Shown here: in pieces, positions 45,894 to 57,383 of the stretch
How the letters are laid out: each line of letters opens with the position of its first letter
Numbering within the stretch: the stretch's first letter is position 1
Source: Selaginella moellendorffii
Lineage: Eukaryota; Plantae; Lycopodiophyta
Reading direction: 5' to 3'
DNA length: 64,000 bases
Assembly: GCF_000143415.4 (NCBI RefSeq)
Contig: NW_003314287.1
Span: 1,571,514 to 1,635,513 of the forward strand
Program-made: the position numbers and the translations under genes
Notes under the pieces: generated by a model
Database searches by the model: none
What the model saw: only the letters and a program-made list of their open reading frames with translations
What the model was told of the DNA's origin: nothing

Positions 45894-46685
45894 TGAGTGA
45901 TCTGAAGCGTCGCTGACCTCTCTCTGGGTTTTCGCTAGCTAGGCCCTAGGAACCGGTGAAAAACAACACAAAAGAGGAAGCACACACAAACACTCGCAGA
46001 CACACTAGATACTAAACCAAAGCCTTAGAAACTTGTGAAGGATCGACCGTAATATAAATACGCTAGAATGCGCTCATCTCTCGATTTTTATGGTAATTGA
46101 TGGCGGGGATTTGAGAACCTTTGTTCCAGAAAAGAGAGAGTTTTTAATCTTTCACCCCGGCAGCTTTGAGTCCAGCTGCGCTTAGCTTAGCAAATTGGGC
46201 TCACATTCCCATGAATGGATCCTCCAAACAAAATGGTGGAGGATGATCCCCACGGGGAATTCTTACGCGATGTAATGACGTGAATCCAACTTGTCCCAGT
46301 CTAGAATCTCCATGGATCGAAGACACGATCTATTTTTTCGCAACCATCTCTTACAGATGAGGGGCTCCAAAGCAGTGACTTGGCCAGGTTACAGAGAGGT
46401 CTGATCATCTCTTAGGCTCTCGAGTCAATGCTACCTCTAGATCACCATGGGTTGAAAGTTTTCTCAGTGCAATCGATCGCAAGCAGTGCTGGAATGAATC
46501 CGGAGTCTCGCATTGCGGATGGAACTCGAAGTTCCTATGCTGTGCTTGCCTTTGCTTTGCCGACCAAATTTTCTGGGTAGGAGCTGGAACCCAAACTTCG
46601 TTCCAATCGGACGAAGCCTCGCGATTCTCAGTCGCCGATCACGCTCCGTGGAGGTGGCCTAATTACAGTCTACTAAGAATGGGCC

Positions 46686-49238
46686 ATGGATCGAGAGGAT
46701 TGTCTCCGGCTCCTTCGATCCTGCGCTTCCATCTCCGCAGTTCGAGAGGTCCACGCTAGGATCCGCCCCTTTTTGGCGCCAAGCGATGCCTTCCTCCACA
46801 ACAAGCTCATCGATGCCTACGGCCGGTGTGGCTGCGCCCAGAGCTCGCGCGCTGTTTTCGATGCCATGCCCGACGCGACCAAGAATCCCTTCTCCTGGAC
46901 GCTCATCGTTTCGGCCTACGCGCGAAATGGGCTTGTTGACGATGCTCGCGTGCTGCTGGATGCGATGCCACATTGCAAAAGAGTGGCCTCCACCGCCATG
47001 ATCTCGGCGTATGCCAGAAACGGGCATATCGACCGTGCCTGGGACGTGTTTGAGGCGATGCTGGAGAAAGATCTAGTTGCGTGGAACACAATGCTAGATG
47101 GGTTTTGTTCTTGTGGCTTTACGCAAAGAGCAAAAAATTTATTCGATTCCATGCCTCGTAAAGATGCTGTATCTTGGACCACCATCTTTACCGCATATGC
47201 CAAGAAAGGGTATCTAGCGGAAGTTGAAGTTTTGTTTCAGGAGATGCCAACGAAAGACCTTGTTTCGTTCAACGCGATGCTAGCGGCTTATGCACGTAGT
47301 TTTTGCACAGGAGAAGCTAACCGCTGTTTTATCTCTATGCCACAGCATTGTTTTATTTCCTGGACAACACTCTTTTCAGCATTTGCCAGTCTTGGGGATG
47401 CTGATCACGCAAACAGCTTGTTTCAGAGGATGCCGGAGCACGACCTTCTGTCAGCAAATGCAATGCTGGCATTGATGAGCTCGCGTGGAGATACCATCGA
47501 AGTAGAAAAACTCTTTTTTTCAATGCCAAAAAGAGATTTGGCTTCGTGGACCTCCCTCCTTTCGACATATTCTCACGCGGGCGATCTCCAGCAAGCTAGG
47601 GCCACATTCGATCGGATGCCACAGCGGGATCTCTTCTCCTGGGCAGTGATGATCGCTGCTTACGGTCAGAGCTCACGGCCCCGGGACTCGCTAAAGATCT
47701 TCGAGGAAATGCCCGAGAGAGATATTGTTTCATGGAACTCGATGCTCTCGGCGTGTGCTCGATGTGGACGACCCCTCCAAGCAAAGATGGTCTTTGATCG
47801 AATGCCACAGCATAACGTCGTCTCGTGCACGGCGATGCTTTCTCTATATAGCGACATGGGTTGGATCGAACAAGCCAAGCTACTGTTCGATGGAATCCAA
47901 GAGAAAAATCTGGCCGTTTGGAACGCCATGCTTGCTGCTTATGCTCACAACCGGCTTCTGCCCGAAGCTAGCCAGATATTTCACTCGCTTCCAGAACATA
48001 ACATCGTTTCCTCGACAATCATGGTTTCGGCTTTAGGCCGAGAAGGGCATGTTGAGGAAGCAATGGACATATTTAACACGGCCGAGGACGACAATATCGT
48101 GCTTAAAAACTCCATGCTCTCTGTGTATGCCCAAAACGGGCATATCCTCAAAGCCAAAGACATGTTTGATAAGATGGGGGAGCGTGATCTTGCGTCGTGG
48201 GATATAATGCTATCCGGCTATCTTCGACATGGAAAGTTAGACGAAGCAAGGGATTTGTTTCATAGAATGCCCGAGCAAGACACTCTGTCGGTAACTTCAC
48301 TGTGCTGCGCATATGCCCAAGAGGGGCATATCGAAGAATCCAAGCGCTTGTTTAGAAGAACGCCTGGAATGGATCTGATCTCTTCAACATTGATGCTAAA
48401 GAAATTTTCGCAAAACGGAGATATCGCCAGTGTAAAGGAGATCTTTGATGCCATACACGAGAAAGACAGCGTTGCATGGAATGTGATGCTCGATGCTTAT
48501 GGCCGGAGAGGAGACTTGGAAGAAATGAAGCTCCTCTTTGATGAAATCCCTCGCTCCGAGGTATCAATGGCGAGTTGGAACACGATGCTCTCAGCTTACT
48601 CCCAGAGACGCCATTTAAAACATTCTCTCGAAGTGTTCCATAGGATTCCCGAGAAGGATGTGATCTCGTGGACGGCTCTTCTCGCAGCCTACGCTCAAAA
48701 CGGGCATTTCAGCGAAGCTCGCCGGGTTTTCTATGTGCTCCCAGAACCCGACCGAGTGTCTTGGAATGCCATGATCGCTTCTTACTGCCACAATGGTCTT
48801 ACGAAGCAAGCTCTCGATACCTTTCACTCCATGAAGATGGTCCAGATGCCCGACTCTGCAACCTTCGTCTCGGTGCTCATCTCGTGTAGCTCCCAAGGAA
48901 AGCTCTGCGACGCGAGACATCACTTTGTGTCGATGGCTCTCGACTTCTCCTTGCTTTGCACCAAGCAGCACTTTAGCTGCATGATCGATCTCCTCGGCCG
49001 GATGGGACGTGTGGAAGATGCAAAGGAGCTCATCAGTACAATGCCGTTTGTTCCAGACACTCTAGAGTGGGTTTGTCTCCTTGGTGCTTCGCGAAACCAC
49101 AGCGACGTGACAAACGCCGCAAGCTCCATCACTGCTTTGAGCAGCCCGAGTGGCCAGGCGATCACACCACATTACGTGCTGCTAGCAAACTTGTATTCAC
49201 TCGACCAACCAAGCTTAGTACAAGCAAAAGTTGATTAA
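46686..49238 (+). CDS. PLS-class PPR protein, 850 aa, ending in E domain (no DYW)
   Basis: More than 20 tandem 31-aa motifs; HFSCMIDLLGRMG...MPFVPDTLEWVCLLGAS...YVLLANLY. Confidence 0.93.
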   Translation: MDREDCLRLLRSCASISAVREVHARIRPFLAPSDAFLHNKLIDAYGRCGCAQSSRAVFDAMPDATKNPFSWTLIVSAYARNGLVDDARVLLDAMPHCKRVASTAMISAYARNGHIDRAWDVFEAMLEKDLVAWNTMLDGFCSCGFTQRAKNLFDSMPRKDAVSWTTIFTAYAKKGYLAEVEVLFQEMPTKDLVSFNAMLAAYARSFCTGEANRCFISMPQHCFISWTTLFSAFASLGDADHANSLFQRMPEHDLLSANAMLALMSSRGDTIEVEKLFFSMPKRDLASWTSLLSTYSHAGDLQQARATFDRMPQRDLFSWAVMIAAYGQSSRPRDSLKIFEEMPERDIVSWNSMLSACARCGRPLQAKMVFDRMPQHNVVSCTAMLSLYSDMGWIEQAKLLFDGIQEKNLAVWNAMLAAYAHNRLLPEASQIFHSLPEHNIVSSTIMVSALGREGHVEEAMDIFNTAEDDNIVLKNSMLSVYAQNGHILKAKDMFDKMGERDLASWDIMLSGYLRHGKLDEARDLFHRMPEQDTLSVTSLCCAYAQEGHIEESKRLFRRTPGMDLISSTLMLKKFSQNGDIASVKEIFDAIHEKDSVAWNVMLDAYGRRGDLEEMKLLFDEIPRSEVSMASWNTMLSAYSQRRHLKHSLEVFHRIPEKDVISWTALLAAYAQNGHFSEARRVFYVLPEPDRVSWNAMIASYCHNGLTKQALDTFHSMKMVQMPDSATFVSVLISCSSQGKLCDARHHFVSMALDFSLLCTKQHFSCMIDLLGRMGRVEDAKELISTMPFVPDTLEWVCLLGASRNHSDVTNAASSITALSSPSGQAITPHYVLLANLYSLDQPSLVQAKVD

Positions 49239-49244
49239 ACTTTT

Positions 49245-50813
49245 TCACTTCAATGCTCTCCGTTTCATGTCCTGGACAAAAGCTTGCAAGTTGGCATACG
49301 AGCTTCCGCCAGGTTTCACGGCTCCTTTGACAGTGTCGCTCAACTCCTTGGCTCTTTTCCGCAGCTCCTGTCCACTTTCCCCCATTACGAGCCTTACCAC
49401 TTTTTCGATGCGGTGAGCGCTGGTTTGCTTGTCATGCTCCTCGACCGTGGCACGAAGACCCACTTTAAGATGATCCACGACCAAGGCACAGTTCGTGATC
49501 TGGTCCCCAAAGCACGGCTTGCACAGCATTGGAACGCCGGTAGCCAAGGCTTCCGTGATGGAATTCCAGCCACAGTGTGTGAGGAATGCTCCCACAGACT
49601 TGTGCTCAAGAACCTGTCGATAAGAACTTTCTTATAAGCTTTCACTTAATTGTTTCGCATGGTTACCTCCAGCTGAGGAGCCCACGGGATGACGAGGCAA
49701 TTTTGGTTGTTCCTGACCGTAGCTAAGATCCTTTCTCGGGTGTCCTCGTCTTCAAAGAGATCCAGCCTCGCCACCCACAAGAAAGCACTGCCGCTCTTGT
49801 CCAGTCCGGCGAGAATCTCCTCCGCTTGATCGTGAGAAGCGGTTGCCAGGCTCCCAAACGAGATGTAGAGCACCGAGTTTGGAGCTTGCCGGTCGAGCCA
49901 GTCCAAGCAGCTTCGGTCCTGCCTCCACGGAGCGTGATCGGCGACTGATAATCGCGAGGTTTCGTCCGATAGACAGTACAAGGGCCCGATTGGAACGAAG
50001 TTTGGGTTCCAGCACCTGGAGATCTCCTTGATCTGCGATGGCTCCACCTCCAGGACGGAGTTGACGAGCACCCAAGCGTCGTTTCTCATTATCTCGTTCC
50101 TCTGCTTGCGTTTGAGAAAGCCTGGATCGTAAGGCTCCTCGATCTGAAGCGTGTCGGGAAGATACTTTGCAGCAAAAGAAGATGGCATTCCGGGGATGAA
50201 ATCCAGAACTCTGCTACTTCCTGCAAAGAAAGCTCGTGAATGGAAAATAGAAGTGGTTTTTACCGTGTGCTGGGAGGAGGCCATTGCTTTCGAGCAACGA
50301 GAAATGGCAATACGCGAGACCCCGCGTCGCGCAGCCCGTCCACAAAGTTGCCCTGCAAATCCCGAACTTGTTGGCCACTTGCTGAGTCCACCCAATGAAA
50401 ACGTCACTGAGTATACAAGTCAGTGGCGGCCGCTGGGAATCGCCCATGAGCTCCACCACGGTCTTCTCGAAATCGCCCCGCAAGCCCTCCATCGCGTCGA
50501 GATACATCTGGAGATTGTTTCCAAGCCGGCCAGATGGAAGGCACTCGTCCGAGATGCTCATGAACCTGTTACACAAGATCGAGAATCGATTCAAAGGGAA
50601 GATCGAGTAAGATTTAACACAAAAGAACTACATCTGTGTGAGGCACCTGAATTTCTCGTCACCAGTGGAGCTGCTTTTGTTCTTGCGGCCAATATTGAGG
50701 AAAGTTACGACGAATCCCATGGAGGCGAGCTTGCGGCAGAGATGCAACATCGGAGGTATGTGACCCTGGGCCGGAAACGGAAACGCGAGAACGTGAGGCG
50801 CCTGAGAATCCAT
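49245..50813 (-). CDS. Family-1 UDP-glycosyltransferase, 4 exons (50813-50647, 50565-50264, 50220-49667, 49613-49245)
   Basis: [32 protein letters not shown] box [29 protein letters not shown]...[12 protein letters not shown]. Confidence 0.93.
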
Positions 50814-51134
50814 GGCTTCCTCGATCTACCATACCCAAAACCTACATCTTTTCCAAATGGGAAAAGACACTCGAATAGAAAATTACTTTACGTTCGGCAT
50901 CCGTGTCCTCCTTGAAACATGGAACTCCGTCAACCACCCAGAAAATTTGCTGGGCAAAGCAAAGCAACGCAGGAAACTCCTGTGGACGCCGACTTGAGAG
51001 TCAAATTCCATTTGCAATGCAGTTAGAAAAAAAACTACAAAGTGAATATAATAAATATTAGTCCATGGAAAGGAGAACTTCAATGGAATACAAGAGAAAG
51101 ATTTTTGCGTATACTTGGTATTAATGAGAACTTA

Positions 51135-51535
51135 GAATACGGCCATTTAGAATATTCCTTGGACATGTTCCATAAGGCCGCAATTTCATCTTCTTACAGT
51201 CACCGAATTTTTCATGGGCGCCAGAGCTGGATCGAATGTCTTGGATGCCACAATGGTCTCACGATACAAGCTTTTTGACACCTTTCACTCCATAGAGGTG
51301 GTCCAGATGACCGACCTGTCTCAGGGCTAATCCAAGGAAATGCAAGAGTGGAGGAGTCTTTGTAGCAGTATATTCTTAATATTCTACAGCCGTTTGTTCC
51401 AGACACTTTGAAGTGCTCGTAGAGAACACAAGTTTGCTAGCAGCAAGTAAGTAATGCTATGCGATCGCTTGGCCACTCAGGCTGCTCAAAGCAGTGGCTT
51501 TTATCAGATCGCTGTGGTTTCGCGAAGCACCGCTT
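51135..51535. pseudogene. Third decayed remnant of the 46686 PPR 3' end, with internal inversion
   Basis: 51135-51415 matches 48608-49068 on plus (tgccacaatggtct, cctttcactccat, gccgtttgttccagacact); 51423-51531 is the reverse complement of about 49083-49198. Confidence 0.72.
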
Positions 51536-51623
51536 GTTCTTGGTGCACTTTCTCTGATCGAGGGACAAAGAAAGCCTATATTGCTGGTATAGATTGCAGA
51601 AAAGACTCGAAATATCACCTTTG

Positions 51624-53197
51624 TCAATTCAATGCTCTTCGTTTCATGTCCTCCACAAAAGCTTGCATGTTGGCATACGAGCTTCCGCCATGTTTTACGG
51701 CTCTTTTGACGGTGTCGCTCAATTCCTTGGCTCGTTTTCGCAGTTCCTGTCCACTTTCCCCCATTACGAGCCTCACCACTTTTTCAATCCGGCCAGCGCT
51801 GGTTTGCTTGTCCTGCTCCTCGTCCGTAGCACGAAGACCCACTTTGAGATGATCCACCACCAAGGCACAGTTCATGATCTGGTCTCCAAAGCAAGGCTTG
51901 CACAACATTGGAACTCCGGCGGCCAAGGCCTCCGTGATGGAATTCCAACCACAATGTGTGAGGAATGCTCCCACGGACTTGTGCTCAAGAACCTGTAGAT
52001 GTACAGAACTTGATTATGAGCTTTCATCCTATTGTTTCTGGTACCTCTAGCTGAGGAGCCCACGGGATGACGAGGCTGTTTTGGCTGTTCCTGACCGTAG
52101 CCACGATCTTGTCTCGGGTGTCGTCGTCTTCGAAGAGATCCAGCCTTGCCACCCACAAGAAAGCACTGCCGCTCTTATCCAGTCCGGCGAGAATCTCTTC
52201 CACTTGATCGTGAGAAGCGGTTGCCAGGCTCCCAAAAGAGATGTAGAGCACCGAATTTGGAGCTTGCCGGTCGAGCCAGTCCAAGCAGCTTCGATCCTGC
52301 CTCCAGGGAGAGTGACTGGCGACTGCTAATCGCGCGGTGCGGGTGTCATCCGTACTTAGACAGTGTAAGGGCCCGATTGGAACGAAGTTTGGGTTCTCGC
52401 TCCTGGAGATCTCTTCGATCTGCGATGCCTCCACCTCCAGAACGGAGTTGACGAGCACCCAAGCATCGTTTCTCATTATCTCGTTCCTCTGCCGGCGCTT
52501 GAGAAAGCCTGGATCGTAAGGCTCCACGTTCTGGATCGTGTCAGGAAGATACTTCGCAGCAAAAGAAGATGGCATTCCAGGGATGAAATCCAAAACTCTG
52601 CTACTTCCTGCAAAGAGTTTTGTATAATAGTAGCTATGGAAATGGTTCTTACCGTATGCTGGGAGGAGGCCATTGCTTTCGAGCGACAAGAAATGGAAAC
52701 ACGCGAGAGCCCACGTCGCGCAGCTCGTCCACAAAGTCGCCCTGCAAATCCCAAACTTGTTGGCCACTTGCTGAGTCCAACCAATGAAAGCGTCACTTAG
52801 TATACAAGTGAGAGGGGGCCGCTGCGAATCGCCCATGAGCTCCTCCACGGTTGTCTCGAAATCGCCCCGCAAGCCCTCCATCGCGTTGAGATACATCTGG
52901 AGATTGTTTCCAAGCCGGCCAGATGGGAGGCACTCGTCAGAGATGCTCATGATCCTGTTTACATGAAGTTCTCAAATGGGTGCTGATAATCGATTCAAAG
53001 CACTCTCCAAGAGCTCGAGCACGAAAAAAATACCTGAATTGCTCATCAGCAGTGGAGCTCATGTTCTTGCTGCCAATGTTGAGGAAAGTTACGACGAATC
53101 CCATGGAGGCGAGCTTGCGGCAGAGAAGTATCATCGGGTTTATGTGACCCTGCGTGGGAAATGGAAACGCAAGAACGTGAGGCGGCTGGGAATCCAT
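51624..53197 (-). CDS. Family-1 UDP-glycosyltransferase, tandem paralog, 4 exons (53197-53034, 52954-52653, 52607-52045, 51992-51624)
   Basis: Same motifs and intron positions as the 49245-50813 gene; intact PSPG box. Confidence 0.93.
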
Positions 53198-53249
53198 GGA
53201 CGCTTCCTGATCTACCTTACCCAAATACTTTGTTACAGAAAAAACAATT

Positions 53250-53302
53250 GGTTATTATATAGGCTAGTGGTTACGACATGAGTTCGAATCTCGGTGGGAC
53301 CT
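53250..53302 (+). pseudogene. tRNA-Gln-derived remnant lacking the anticodon arm
   Basis: ctagtggttacgacat joined directly to gagttcgaatctcggtgggacct, which matches the D arm and T arm/acceptor 3' strand of plant tRNA-Gln. Confidence 0.65.
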
Positions 53303-53340
53303 CGAAATCGTCACTTTCGTTTTAGGATGAAACCGGGGAA

Positions 53341-54428
53341 TCATTCGCGATCCTCACACTCGAGCAGGGCAAGTGTTTGGTTCCAACAATATCCAACCTC
53401 CAAAGCTATGCTGCAGCTGAAGTTTCCTTCTGCAAGAACATTACCAAGGGATCCATCTCCCGGCATCTCAGAAACAATGGCGACCTGGTAAACAAGTTCT
53501 ACGAGCGACTTTATGTGAGATTCATCCCGGGGAATCCATCTGACCTCCCACCTCATGTTAATCATTCAATGGCATTAGCGGGCATTTGGTTTTATCACCT
53601 CGTCAATGGTCCTGAAAAACCAAGGCATGCAGAACGTAGCATGAGTTTCGCGATCAATCAGTTCCTGCCGTAAAACAAGTTTGTCATGGTTCCAGAAACT
53701 ATATGCATGCGTACCTCTTCGACCATATCGTTCCATGCCAGCTCCAAGCGTGTAACATGCCAGTCCTCGAAGGACGTGAACTAGGGTTGGCAACTCGCAT
53801 CCGTGAGAACAATCAAGCAGAGAATTCCTCCAGGAACAATCTCTTGTGCTCGGCAGGATAAGAACCGGCAAAGATCCTCATGAGCTTGCACCACAAAGGC
53901 TTCATTCCTCGCCGTGAATGGACCACACCGATCATCCACGTTCCTCTCCGGAGTCTGGAGAGACGACCAAAATGCCCATAGAAGGAAGAACTAAATCGAA
54001 GGAATGAACTTGAATCCAGTCTCACCTTGGACAGCCAATGCGACGATATGTTACACATTACAATGTGGAGGCTGGAGCTGGGAAAGAGACGCTCGTAAAA
54101 GGATCCAGAGACAGCGGCAGTGAAGCGTCGCAGTGATGGCGATGACTGTTCTAGCTGCTGGAACAGCGTGTTGAAGTCATTGGAGCTCAAGTCCGAGAAG
54201 AAGGCTTGGATCTCGAGCATGCTCGAATTGCCTCGGCAACAAGCCCCACTACACGGATTGTGTTGTAGCCAGACGCACATCCCAGATCGGCTATGCGGAC
54301 CGAGCTCGTTTCGTCATAGCCAAAGTCACTTGCTGCTATCACATTCTTGAGAGCTGGAGCAATGAGCGAGAAACCCATCGCTTGCTTGGCGGAGTTTCGA
54401 GTGTATTGATTCCCACTCCGCCCAGCAT
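53341..54428 (-). pseudogene. SABATH (SAM-dependent carboxyl methyltransferase) pseudogene
   Basis: YTRNSAKQ, RIADLGCASGYNT, FFSDLSSNDFNTLF, VSGSFYERLFPSSSLH, SHWLSK; frameshifts near 54410 and 54220 and a fragmented 3' half. Confidence 0.85.
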
Positions 54429-57383
54429 TCTAACTCGCCAGAAGAATGTCCCTAGTTTATAGATCCTGTGAGCGCAAGGTCGAATGAAGAAGGACTAGTC
54501 CACAGTCCTTCGTTCTTTCTCGGCGAAATCTACCAAACTCGCATCTAAGTTGGTAGGAATCTCCAATCAACCTATATCACAGTGATGATGCTTTGGCAAA
54601 GTTGACGAGGTTTGCATGCGACAAACCATTTAGCTGGACGTTTCCTTTGGCTGCATGGCGCAGCTCTTTGGGCTCACGTCTCAAACTTGTTGGTCTCTTT
54701 CCATGACAAATCTCACCATATCTTCGACATGGCTTGCGATTTCGTGGTGTCCACCACCCACGCGGTGTTGAAAACTTGCTCGGCCCAGCAAGGCAAGCAC
54801 AGAATGGGAACTCCAGTGAACACGGACTCAAGTGCCGAGTTCCATCCGCAATGTGAGAGAAAAGCACCAACAGATTCATGCTTCAGCAATGAAAATCTTT
54901 CAAACCATGGAGAAAGAAAGAGGAAAATCTGGATTATTCATAAGAGATGATCAGCCCCTTCTCATTCTGGCTTGTCACTGGAGAAGATCGAAGAGGTTTT
55001 AGAGAATATACGCAATTATTCGTGAGTTTGTAAGAATATACTTAGAAAAAAAATCTATTTATAATAAATATATTCATAGATATATAAAAAAATTAAGAAT
55101 CTGTAGAGAAAGTTGCTTGTGCATTAAATCTGGATAAATAATTCATCCAAGCAGGTAAGTTTATTGTTGATGGAGATTGAAGAGTACAAGTGCCTTTTAA
55201 ATCCACAATAAGCAATCTAAGCATGTACAGCCATTCCATAGTTTCTCACAATCCAAACAGCACTGGCATTCAAGAAAACCAAAAGCTTTAATAATCTAAA
55301 AACAAAAAATACACTGGGAGAATTGTTTAATACTCTTAGAAAATAGAAAACCAGTGAAATGTGTATGTACATTCCCTAATGTCTCTAGGGACTAATACAA
55401 AAATTAGGTGTGCTACCCTCCTTGTAAAATTACACTAGTGATATGTCCTCGTGCTGGAGAGATGGATCTGGACACAGTTTGGCAAAACCTCTCCTTCTTG
55501 GCAGCAGTCACACCTTATTTGCTGACTTGAGGATCCCATCCAAGGGTCATTAGATCCCCTCTACCAGCCCAACGCACGGGAGCCATGCTCTACCACTCCA
55601 CAAGCCTTACTTGTTGGCCTTCGGCAGAAAACTAGTTAGCAATATTCCCAACTTGATCTAAAACCATATTAATGGTCCTTATACTGCACTGGCGAGGCTA
55701 ATGGCAGTTCTCTCCTTCTGGTGGTTACTTGTGCTAGGTGAAGCCCACCACATTTCACACCCAATTTCTCTGCCACAAGCAAATCCCTAGCATGAATTGC
55801 ACACCAAAACACCTTGTTTCTGCATGACACTCAATCACTTCTGCTCAATCCAAGAGCATATACCACAGCCATTTCCAAGATAAGAATAAGGTTTATATTA
55901 GTTCATGAAATTTTAGTATAAGAAATTGGATATTCTAGGAATACCCTATTCAAACAAAAAATTGTGCATAGCAAGAAAACAAAATGCATGATGGAGCTCA
56001 TCTCTACAATGGCAATGAAACGGTTTGGTGGTAACCTCTATGCTATCAAGGCAAAGATCGAATGCCACTCCACTCTGTAACACCATAATGTAAATAGCTT
56101 TGCACAAAACAACTGCCTCAATTAAGTATAGATTGATTGAGCCAAGGATTTTCTTGATTGCATACCTAAATGGGACTCTAACTTGCTAATATGTCAATTT
56201 ACCTTTTATGTAATGCCCAAGAATGATCTAATAAAATGTAATGCTAGATGGCTCTCAAAGAATGGTTGTCATGAATCATTTTAACTAATTCTAGTTTGAT
56301 GTAGTGATCCCAAATGAGATCTCCTTCCTTTGGGACTATGGCTGATGACATCCTTAGGTAGTTGATATGATGGTGGATTGGATGTTTGATTTTTTTTTCT
56401 TTATAAAGGGCTATTAAGCAAACCAAGCATTATTGCTAAGCACAAAAAATTATTATTTTCTAAACTTGTAGTGAAAATTATATATTTATATTAGTTATAT
56501 AATACTAGTAAATAATATAAATGTCAAGATTAGGGTACCTTGTCAGAAAAGGGAAAAGTGCATAAACATTACAATTTAAACCCCTAAATTACACCTTTGT
56601 ATCCCTGATTTTATATAGCCGTGGTATCTAAAGTTAATATAGCTCAACTTTATATAGCTTTATATATCATATGAGCTTATATGGTTGCAAAGCTTCGAAA
56701 GGAAATCTAAGTTGGATGCTTGTTTGTCCAGACACTCCAAACAGCCTGTATTTTTTATCTATAAAGATATGTTCAATTGTGTTTCCTCTTGTAGTGCAAA
56801 GGCCAATCATAATACAATTTGGATTCATGTATCAGACAGTATCCAAGGCCATCTTTTTGGAAGGAATTCACAAATACCCAAAAGTCGCATGTCATCCTTT
56901 CAAAGTGTTGCCTGGATTATACTTGTCCTCATACTATAGTGTGACTTGTGGGAAAAGAAGGAAGTTCATACATGAAAACTATTATATTTATCATATGATT
57001 TTTATTTTAAAATACTATTATAAATATGAGTTTGGTTTTGGATATGCAAGGTATTTAATTGTATGTCAATTTCTTACTATATATTACACTGCTGATTTGT
57101 GTATAATTTGATATATGGTACTGGATATAGAATATGCTTAAATATTCTATCATCTTATCTTGATAAAGAAATTTATATCTAATCATTAAAATGAGCTTAA
57201 GTTTTGGAATCATTAACTTCTTTTCTATTTTATTTTTTCACAAGTATATTCATTCTAGACTTTTTATAATTATTACAGTTGACAAGCTTTCTTGTGGAGA
57301 CCAAAGAGTTCCTTTCTTACCAATAGAGTTTTTACAAACTTTTCTTTTAGAATGAACAATGTTACCATTATTAACTTTGTCCT

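Larger units (their letters stand above)
41177..46264. repeat. Inverted duplication of ~1.1 kb (arms 41177-42315 and 45190-46264)
   Basis: Arms match as reverse complements from aagaattccccgtggggatcatcctccacc through the EPFL stop codon. Confidence 0.9.

Noticed and set aside
46350-46410. Possible C/D-box snoRNA (AGATGA...CTGA)
   Set aside because: Non-canonical C box, no terminal stem, and the region belongs to the triplicated unidentified remnant.
55430-57100. Short ORFs and exon-like patches, possibly transposase or gene debris
   Set aside because: No recognisable motifs; multiple stops in all frames.
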